DNA of 64,000 nt from a virus: the IMG/VR virus record IMGVR_UViG_3300021961_007031; one strand, given 5' to 3'. The position numbers and the translations under genes are program-made. Under the pieces are notes generated by a model, which searched no databases, was not told where the DNA came from, and was given only the letters and a program-made list of their open reading frames with translations. Positions 57,043 to 64,000 of the stretch are shown here, one piece after another; within the stretch, counting starts at the first letter, position 1; each line of letters opens with the position of its first letter.

Positions 57043-57622
57043 TTTCGAACAGGTGCTTAGTGATTATACTGGAGCACCCTATGTTGTATTAACAGACAGT
57101 TGCACTCATGCTATTGAACTTTGTTTAAGACTTAAAAAGTGGCAGGGTCCAGTCATACTCCCTAAACGCACTTACATAAGTGTTCCTATGACCATGCACA
57201 AGTTAGGGTTGCCTATTTACTGGGACGATGAACTTGAATGGCAGCATGAATATAGAATTGCTCCTACAAACATCTGGGATAGTGCTAGAGCATTTGATAA
57301 AAACATGTATGTTCGGGGTCGTATGCAATGTTTGAGTTTTGGCTTTGATAAGCGTCTTAATATCGGACATGGCGGTGCAATACTATTAGACAGCAGAGGC
57401 GATCACCATATCCTAAAACGCATGGCTTACGATGGAAGAGATTTAAGTATTAGTCCCTGGGAAAAACAAGGCGGATGGTACTTAGGGTTTCATTATAATA
57501 TGCGATTAGAAGACGCCGCAAAGGGTATTGAAATGATGCAGAAGCCCGAGCATTTACCCAGTTTAGCCAGCCAAATTAAAACATATCCAGATTGCAGTAA
57601 AATTTCAGTTAATATTGACTAA
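57020..57622 (+). CDS. Compact DegT/DnrJ-type PLP sugar aminotransferase-like protein
   Basis: FE..L..Y.G..Y.V..DSCT.A, P..TY.S, DSA, SF...K....G.GG. Confidence 0.75.
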   Translation: MDYNVLNDFEQVLSDYTGAPYVVLTDSCTHAIELCLRLKKWQGPVILPKRTYISVPMTMHKLGLPIYWDDELEWQHEYRIAPTNIWDSARAFDKNMYVRGRMQCLSFGFDKRLNIGHGGAILLDSRGDHHILKRMAYDGRDLSISPWEKQGGWYLGFHYNMRLEDAAKGIEMMQKPEHLPSLASQIKTYPDCSKISVNID

Positions 57623-57644
57623 TCGTCTAAATAATCTTATCATT
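57616..57644 (+). promoter_or_regulatory. Sigma70-type promoter TTGACT-17-TATCAT
   Basis: Upstream of the DpdA-like gene; CTAAATA late-like motif nested in the spacer. Confidence 0.55.
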
Positions 57645-57665
57645 AGATATTAAGAAGGTAAAGAT

Positions 57666-59129
57666 ATGGCAACCAGAGTTAATCTAAGCGAAAAGAATTA
57701 TGACTACGCAGTGTTTACTCCTGCACTTAGCGGCTTTTATCAGAGTTATGTAAGCAAACAACAACAAGACCCCAATCATGTAGAACAGTCTCGTATACCT
57801 GCAAAGTTTGAAAATGGTATAGAAGGACTTAACTTTCTCAATCCAGAGCAGGGCTACTTTACATACAATCATGTACTCTACAGTGCTGGGCATGCTGAAC
57901 TAGACATGGCTAAAGCAGTGGATCGTGAAAGCATGATCCATAAGCGTGACAGAGACAATACAGTGCTTATTGGTGACAGTGGCGGATTCCAGATCAGCAA
58001 AGGCGTTTGGCAAGGCAACTGGCTAGAGCCTGAAGGGCAATGTGCTGCTACAGACAAACAGCGTGGTACAGTTTTAAACTGGTTGGAAAATACAGCAGAC
58101 TACAGTATGGTACTGGATATTCCTACAAATGGTTTAAACTTTGTTGACGAAAAAACTGGTAAGCCACGCTGTGGTTTGAATGACTACGCAGAGTTCCGCG
58201 ACGCTACCAAGGCAAACAATAACTACTTCTTTAAACATAGACAGGGCAAAACAAAGTTCCTAAATGTTCTGCAGGGCAGCACATACGAGCAAGCAGATGA
58301 TTGGTTTGACAATGTATGCTTGCCTATTGTAAATGAAACAAGTGGCTGGGCATTTGGTGGTGTACAAAAAACAAACCTTAACCACAGTTTAAGAAGGTTG
58401 CTATATCTCAAAGAACTTGGATTGCTACAAAAAGCAGAATGGATTCACTTCCTAGGTACAGGTAGACTTGATCAGGGTGTGATGTATACTGCAATGCAAC
58501 GGGCTATTAGGAAGTCTATAAATCCAGACCTTACAATAAGCATGGATTGTGCAAGTCCATTTATTGCTACAGCAAACGGCCAAGTGTACACTGACAATAC
58601 ATTTAATAACAAGCGTATTGGTTACAACATGGTACACATGGTAGACGAAAAGGATCCCGCACACAAAGAAGCACCCTGGCCCTGGGACGACAGTCCTATT
58701 GGTGCTAGACTTACCTGGCGTGATGTTAACTGGTATGATCCAGGCGACTTAAACAAGATTGGTAAGGAAGGCAAAACCAGTTGGGATAGTTTTGCATACT
58801 GTTTAATGATGGGACATAACATCTACAAGCATATTGACTCAGTGCAAATGGCTAACCGTCTAATGGCACGACCCATTGGTATGAATGAATGGATACCTGA
58901 TCAATATCTACAGTTCCAGGAGCTCTGTGTAGACTTGTTTGCTAGAGATTACAACAAGAGCATGGCTGCTATTGATGCAGAACTTGACAAGCATGAAGGT
59001 TTGATTAGTAAACTAAGCCGTATTAAAAATCTTAAAAACACAAACGCATTTGACAGTTTGTTTAGTTTTGATGTTCCCACAACCAACACTGATATAGACA
59101 GTAGCCAGGAAGAGGATGATGCTAGATGA
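57666..59129 (+). CDS. dpdA: TGT-fold 7-deazaguanine transglycosylase (DpdA-like)
   Basis: DSGGFQ, LDIP, NVLQG, GWAFGG, HFLG, SMDCASP; no CxCxxC Zn site; clustered with folE and queD. Confidence 0.75.
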   Translation: MATRVNLSEKNYDYAVFTPALSGFYQSYVSKQQQDPNHVEQSRIPAKFENGIEGLNFLNPEQGYFTYNHVLYSAGHAELDMAKAVDRESMIHKRDRDNTVLIGDSGGFQISKGVWQGNWLEPEGQCAATDKQRGTVLNWLENTADYSMVLDIPTNGLNFVDEKTGKPRCGLNDYAEFRDATKANNNYFFKHRQGKTKFLNVLQGSTYEQADDWFDNVCLPIVNETSGWAFGGVQKTNLNHSLRRLLYLKELGLLQKAEWIHFLGTGRLDQGVMYTAMQRAIRKSINPDLTISMDCASPFIATANGQVYTDNTFNNKRIGYNMVHMVDEKDPAHKEAPWPWDDSPIGARLTWRDVNWYDPGDLNKIGKEGKTSWDSFAYCLMMGHNIYKHIDSVQMANRLMARPIGMNEWIPDQYLQFQELCVDLFARDYNKSMAAIDAELDKHEGLISKLSRIKNLKNTNAFDSLFSFDVPTTNTDIDSSQEEDDAR

Positions 59130-60196
59130 GCACCATTTATATTATATGTCTGGAACCAATTGACCAGAGATATACTAAACAGTGGTATACAAACATTCCC
59201 AATATACTGGAACAGCGTATTCAGGAACAGGGCTTAGATTATCAGGTAGTTACTATTGAAGGTGAGACTGTGCCTGACAACACAACAGCAGGTGCGTTCC
59301 TGGACTTTGGTGCTACAAATGTTTATAAAGCAAGCCAGACTGTAACTGTTAGCAAGATGTTCAGTGCAGGAGAAATTAAGCCTGGCGACAAGTTTTTGGT
59401 TACTGATGCCTGGAACTTTATTATTACACCTATCAAATACATGAGCGATTTGCTGGACATTCCAGTAGAAATACACAGTATCTGGCATGCTGGCGCATAT
59501 GATCCTAGCGACATACTGGGCTACAAAATGAACAAGCCCTGGCCCTGGGAAGCAGAGCGCAGTTGGTATCACAGTAGCGATTACAACTATTACGCCAGTG
59601 AGAACCATCGCAGGATGTTCCTCAACAACTTAAACATTCCAGAAGAGTATCATTATAAAGCAGTGCGTAGTGGACAGCCACACGAACTGATAATTGCAGA
59701 TCTTGTTAAACATCAAAGCACGCCTAAACAAAATCGTGTTATGTGGCCGCACAGATACAATGCTGACAAGCAGCCAGAGATAGCAGAAGACTTGAGCACT
59801 GATTTTGACATGGTAATCACACAAAAAATGAACTTGAGTAAACCTGATTACTATGCTACAATGGGTACAAGTAAACTTATTTTTAGTTGTGCATTGCATG
59901 AAAATCTTGGCATCAGTGTCATGGAAGCGGTGCTGACTGGAGCAATACCTGTTGTGCCGGATCGTTGCAGTTACAGTGAAATGTATTTGGATGAATTTAA
60001 ATATCCCAGTGAATGGACTATCAATCAGGAGAGTTACGAAAAGAACAAACATAGAGTAGTTGAGTTTATACAAGACAAACTGGACAACTATTCTAACTAT
60101 CATAACCTAATTCGTGAGCAACAGAGTATTCTTGTCCAAGATTATTTGAGCTGTGACGTTATGATGGACAGACTATTAAACACGGAAGTTCAGTGA
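59126..60196 (+). CDS. GT-B (GT4-like) glycosyltransferase
   Basis: HR...DKQP, ENLGISVMEA (Ex7E), GAIPVVPD..SY.E. Confidence 0.85.
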   Translation: MSTIYIICLEPIDQRYTKQWYTNIPNILEQRIQEQGLDYQVVTIEGETVPDNTTAGAFLDFGATNVYKASQTVTVSKMFSAGEIKPGDKFLVTDAWNFIITPIKYMSDLLDIPVEIHSIWHAGAYDPSDILGYKMNKPWPWEAERSWYHSSDYNYYASENHRRMFLNNLNIPEEYHYKAVRSGQPHELIIADLVKHQSTPKQNRVMWPHRYNADKQPEIAEDLSTDFDMVITQKMNLSKPDYYATMGTSKLIFSCALHENLGISVMEAVLTGAIPVVPDRCSYSEMYLDEFKYPSEWTINQESYEKNKHRVVEFIQDKLDNYSNYHNLIREQQSILVQDYLSCDVMMDRLLNTEVQ

Positions 60197-60960
60197 TGAA
60201 ATTAGCTGTCTGTGGTGATTCTTGGGCTAGTATAGATAATAATGACCCATCATCTAGTTTTTCAGAGATACTGTGTAAAGATCATGGCTGGGATTTATAT
60301 AACTTAGCTCGCCCAGGAGCAAGTAATTTTGCAATTTGTTTGCAAATAGATCAGGCAGTTAAACTTGATGCAGATTTTGTAATAATAAGCACAACTACTC
60401 CTGGACGTATTGAAGTTCCTTTAAAAGGAAAAACATATGTAAAGGAACTAATAGGCAAGAATATACATTATCCAGACACTAGGCAACCTGCAATATCAGA
60501 CATAGGCAAAGAAATGATGAAAGATCCTACTATTGCTGTAGATGTACTTGGTAATTTTGAGACTATATGGAATGAGGACTATAAAAAAGTTTTGCCAGAG
60601 ACTTTCCTAGATACTTTAAAATCTTATGTTGTGGATATGTTTGACCAGAATATAAAATTACAATATGATACATGGATTATGAGCGATGCATGTCGTAGGT
60701 TATTGGATAAGAAAGTTCCCTTTTTAATAATAATTGATTACTTATATAATGGCTACAGTGTAGGTGATCCTTATCATGATTTTGAAGTAGATTTAAATTG
60801 GATACCGGCGAAATATTTAATACACTATGACGATTTCGCATGGCATAGGGAAACTGTTGTTGACAATAAACACTATTACCATTATAGTTCGTCTAGTGCC
60901 CAAAAAATAGCAGATTACATATTTGCAAGAATAAACAAAGTAAAGGAACTTAGTGCATGA
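60193..60960 (+). CDS. SGNH-like protein
   Basis: VCGDSW, NLARPGASN..I..QI, C-terminal YH. Confidence 0.65.
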   Translation: MMKLAVCGDSWASIDNNDPSSSFSEILCKDHGWDLYNLARPGASNFAICLQIDQAVKLDADFVIISTTTPGRIEVPLKGKTYVKELIGKNIHYPDTRQPAISDIGKEMMKDPTIAVDVLGNFETIWNEDYKKVLPETFLDTLKSYVVDMFDQNIKLQYDTWIMSDACRRLLDKKVPFLIIIDYLYNGYSVGDPYHDFEVDLNWIPAKYLIHYDDFAWHRETVVDNKHYYHYSSSSAQKIADYIFARINKVKELSA

Positions 60961-61646
60961 GAAATACTTCCGAAAAAATTATAGAACGAATAAAACAAAA
61001 AAATGGACGCTACTGGGCTGGCGACAACATAAGCCAATATCTAGAACCAGGTGACAAAGAAGCACTTATTGACGAACTTACTGGTAAGTTTGAAAGTGTT
61101 ATAGATAGTTTGGTTATCGATCGTTATACAGATCCAAATAGTCGTGATACTGGCAGACGTTTGGCCAAGATGTACATTAAAGAGATAATGAGCGGCCGGT
61201 ATAATCCTAAACCCAAAGCAACTGCTTTTCCTAATCATACTGATGAACCATATGATGGCATGCTGGTTGTGCGTAGTGAACTTAAAAGCATGTGCAGCCA
61301 TCATCATCAACCAGTTGCAGGTGTCGCTTATATAGGTATTATTGCCGCAGATAAACTTATTGGTTTGAGCAAGTATACACGCATAGCGCAATGGTGTGCA
61401 AGGCGTGGTACACTACAAGAAGAACTTGCCATGGATATTGCAAGAGAAATTATGAATGCCACTGGCAGCAAGAACGTCGGCGTATATATACAAGCGACGC
61501 ATGGCTGTTGTGAGAACCGTGGTATCATGGCACACAGTAGTCTAACACAAACTACAGTTTTGCGTGGCAGTTTCCATAATGATCCTGCTTGCAAGAAAGA
61601 GTTTATGGACAATATTAAATTGCAACAGGAATTTGCACCAAGATGA
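60957..61646 (+). CDS. folE: GTP cyclohydrolase I
   Basis: T..R.AKMY, SMCSHH, IGLSK..R, LQEEL, HGCC..RG. Confidence 0.95.
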   Translation: MRNTSEKIIERIKQKNGRYWAGDNISQYLEPGDKEALIDELTGKFESVIDSLVIDRYTDPNSRDTGRRLAKMYIKEIMSGRYNPKPKATAFPNHTDEPYDGMLVVRSELKSMCSHHHQPVAGVAYIGIIAADKLIGLSKYTRIAQWCARRGTLQEELAMDIAREIMNATGSKNVGVYIQATHGCCENRGIMAHSSLTQTTVLRGSFHNDPACKKEFMDNIKLQQEFAPR

Positions 61647-62560
61647 AATTACTATTAACTGGCAGCAGTGGGTTTATAGGTCAGGCCATAACGCCTAGAC
61701 TTGAAAAAGAATACGAATTACATCATTTGCAAAGTGATTTATTAAATCATGCTGATGTAAAAGCAGAAGTTGCAAATGTAAATCCAGACCTTATTGTACA
61801 TTTGGCTGCTAGGACCGAAGTAGAAAAGAGTTTTTACGAGCAAATAAGTTTTAGTGAAGTCAATTATATTGGCACACTAAACCTTATAGAAAGTGCTAAA
61901 ACACTAAAAAATCTTAAAAACTTCGTATTTGCTAGTACAATGGAAGTTTACGGATGGCAGCCTATTAGTGATGAAATCGAACACACTGGAACATATAAAA
62001 CTAGAGTAGCATTTGACGAGAATACTATACCTAACCCAAACGCTCCTTATGCAGTAGCAAAGTATGGATGTGAAAAGTATTTAGAGTACGCACATCGTTG
62101 TTTAAATTTGCCATTTACTGCTATAAGGCAAACTAATGCATATGGCAGACACGACAACGATTTCTTTGTTACAGAAGCAATTATTAGTCGCATGTTAAAA
62201 AATCCACACGAAATTGACATGGGTTACGCTAAACCTTGGCGTAATTTTATCTATGTTGACGATCTTATAGAAGCATGGATGACAGTCATTACAAATCCAG
62301 AAAAAGTTAACACAGGTAAAATTTTTACTATTGGTCCAGATAACGCACTTAGTATAGAAGACTATGTAAATATAATTGGAAAAAAACTTAATTGGCATGG
62401 TCAAATAAACTGGAATAAGCGTCCTACCAGAGATGGAGAGATTTATTGGCTAAACAGTAATCATGATCTAATTACAAAAGTGTTAGGTTGGCAACCTAAA
62501 GTGTCAATAGACGAGGGATTGGATAAAACTATAGAAATATGGAAAATCAAACTAAGTTAA
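61643..62560 (+). CDS. NAD-dependent nucleotide-sugar epimerase/dehydratase
   Basis: TGSSGFIG, HLAA, ST.EVYG, Y...K, RNFIYVDD. Confidence 0.92.
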   Translation: MKLLLTGSSGFIGQAITPRLEKEYELHHLQSDLLNHADVKAEVANVNPDLIVHLAARTEVEKSFYEQISFSEVNYIGTLNLIESAKTLKNLKNFVFASTMEVYGWQPISDEIEHTGTYKTRVAFDENTIPNPNAPYAVAKYGCEKYLEYAHRCLNLPFTAIRQTNAYGRHDNDFFVTEAIISRMLKNPHEIDMGYAKPWRNFIYVDDLIEAWMTVITNPEKVNTGKIFTIGPDNALSIEDYVNIIGKKLNWHGQINWNKRPTRDGEIYWLNSNHDLITKVLGWQPKVSIDEGLDKTIEIWKIKLS

Positions 62561-64000
62561 ATGTTTATCTTTTCCAACCTCAATATGCAGTTGAAAGAAG
62601 AAAAGAAAACACTTATTGGTTGCCATACAGTGCAGGTTGTTTATGGACTTATGCTAACACGTTTCCTGAAGTACAGGAAAGGTACCAGTTAGCAGAGCTT
62701 GGTTTCAAGCGAGAAGATCCTCGTAACATTATTGAACGTATGAAAAAACAGCCGCCTGCTGTTTGCGGGTTTAGCTGTTATGTATGGAACGAAAAGTATT
62801 GTTTAAGCCTTGCCCAATTAGTAAAGCAAAACTTTCCAGATGTAAAAATAGTTTTTGGCGGCGCTCAAGCAAGCAATAGATTACTTGATTATCCATTTAT
62901 AGACAGTGTTATCATTGCAGAAGGTGAAGAAAGTTTTGTTGACTTTTTAACTGCTGAAACTCCTAAACAGACATACAACAGACAGAGACTTACAAATTTA
63001 GAAATTCCCAGTCCCTATCTAACAGGTATATTCGATAAACTTATAGCAGAAAATCCTAACGCACTTTGGAGTATGACATTTGAAACTAATAGGGGGTGTC
63101 CATACTCTTGTACATTTTGCGACTGGGGCGGAGTTACATACAGCAAGGTTAGACGATTAGAGTTAGACCGGATTACTAAAGATTTAGAGTGGGCAATAGG
63201 CAAGCCTATAAGTTACATTATCTGTGCAGATGCTAACTTTGGAATATTTAAAGAACGAGATTTAGAAATTGCACGTATACTAAGAAGAGTAGCTGATAGC
63301 AGTGGAGTAGAGGCTATAAATCTACAGTATGCTAAAAACAGCACAGAAATAGTTTTTCAGATAGCACAAATTATAGGAGAATATAGCAAAGGCGTTACAG
63401 TAAGTGTTCAAAGCATGCATGATGTTACCTTGGAAGCAATAAAAAGGAAAAACATGGATGTAAACAAAATTGGAAATCTAATGGAACTCAGCAAGCAATA
63501 CAATGTGGGCACCTACACTGAAGTAATACTTGGTTTGCCTGAGGAAACATTGAATAGTTGGTGTGAAGGTTTATGCAAATTACTAGAACTTGGCCAACAT
63601 AACAGCATAGACATGTGGTTTGCCCAGTTACTAGAACGTAGCGAAATGGCTTCTCCTACTAGTATAGAAAAATATAAAATTTCCCGAATTTCCAGTTCAG
63701 ACTATTTTGCACTCTATAATAGCAATGACTATAAAGATATACAAGAGGAAATAGAACTTGTCAATGGCACCAGTACTATGTCTCTAGAAGATATTGTGAC
63801 TGGATACATGTACGGTTGGCTAATTATACAGTGGCACATAAGTGGCTACAGTCAACAAGTTGCAAAGACTGTAAGATATCAAAATGTTTCCTATAAAAAA
63901 TATTACGATACATTGTTTAACATGGTACAGCAACATAAGATTTTTGGCAACCACTTCAAAGAACTCAAAAGCCTTGTAACAACATATCTTAAACAAGGCA
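62539..64000 (+). CDS. Cobalamin-binding radical SAM protein (3' truncated; not in ORF track)
   Basis: Hand translation: MENQTKLNVYLFQPQ...WLPYSAGCLW...GFSCYVWN...FGG...ETNRGCPYSCTFCDWG...DANFG; absent from the track, consistent with no stop before the window end. Confidence 0.85.
   Translation, partial: MENQTKLNVYLFQPQYAVERRKENTYWLPYSAGCLWTYANTFPEVQERYQLAELGFKREDPRNIIERMKKQPPAVCGFSCYVWNEKYCLSLAQLVKQNFPDVKIVFGGAQASNRLLDYPFIDSVIIAEGEESFVDFLTAETPKQTYNRQRLTNLEIPSPYLTGIFDKLIAENPNALWSMTFETNRGCPYSCTFCDWGGVTYSKVRRLELDRITKDLEWAIGKPISYIICADANFGIFKERDLEIARILRRVADSSGVEAINLQYAKNSTEIVFQIAQIIGEYSKGVTVSVQSMHDVTLEAIKRKNMDVNKIGNLMELSKQYNVGTYTEVILGLPEETLNSWCEGLCKLLELGQHNSIDMWFAQLLERSEMASPTSIEKYKISRISSSDYFALYNSNDYKDIQEEIELVNGTSTMSLEDIVTGYMYGWLIIQWHISGYSQQVAKTVRYQNVSYKKYYDTLFNMVQQHKIFGNHFKELKSLVTTYLKQG

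Noticed and set aside
282-63203. Many antisense or alternate-frame ORFs in the track (for example 27594-28121, 32318-32746, 59630-60103, 11261-11767)
   Set aside because: They lie wholly opposite or within well-supported genes, with no RBS or recognisable motif; treated as shadows
1-64000. Bacterial chromosome or eukaryotic giant virus origin (clpA, dnaJ, pstS, RFC-like, PolB)
   Set aside because: T4-type lysozyme, spanins, baseplate genes, TATAAATA late promoters, SD sites and the absence of housekeeping operons indicate a large phage
1-64000. CRISPR array, tRNA or rRNA genes
   Set aside because: No regularly spaced repeat-spacer pattern or cloverleaf seen; intergenic gaps are short. The 35-bp repeat has only two copies 1.5 kb apart
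1-64000. Stop-codon reassignment
   Set aside because: Conserved genes are full length in the standard code, and TAA, TAG and TGA all end tightly packed genes

Overview
This is a 64-kb AT-rich, densely coded segment of a large lytic T4-like (myovirus-type) bacteriophage. The host is probably an aquatic proteobacterium; the PstS N-terminus looks alphaproteobacterial (inference). Almost all genes are on the + strand. Contents: (1) the end of a baseplate/tail module; (2) replication genes (family B polymerase, sliding clamp, clamp loader, DsbA-like protein, a stand-alone DnaE fragment); (3) chaperones (GroES, DnaJ, ClpA); (4) a lysis set (T4-type lysozyme, i-/o-spanin, holin candidates); (5) host-like genes (pstS with a 4-unit Pho box, phoH, a TctA/TctC transporter, MazG-like); (6) many glycan- or small-molecule-modifying enzymes; (7) a putative restriction-modification cassette bracketed by exact 35-bp direct repeats; (8) an ~11-kb block of probable capsid-packaged internal proteins, including a 984-aa multi-enzyme protein punctuated by prohead-protease-like sites; (9) a 7-deazaguanine cluster (QueD-like, DpdA/TGT-like, FolE) interleaved with a glycosyltransferase and sugar-nucleotide enzymes. 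Two promoter classes are visible: sigma70-type TTGAC-N16/17-TAWWAT and T4-late-type ATAAATA. There are also several RBS-masking hairpins and one GC-rich, hammerhead-like intergenic RNA candidate. No tRNA or CRISPR array was seen. All product calls come from motif recognition by eye; no database searches were run.
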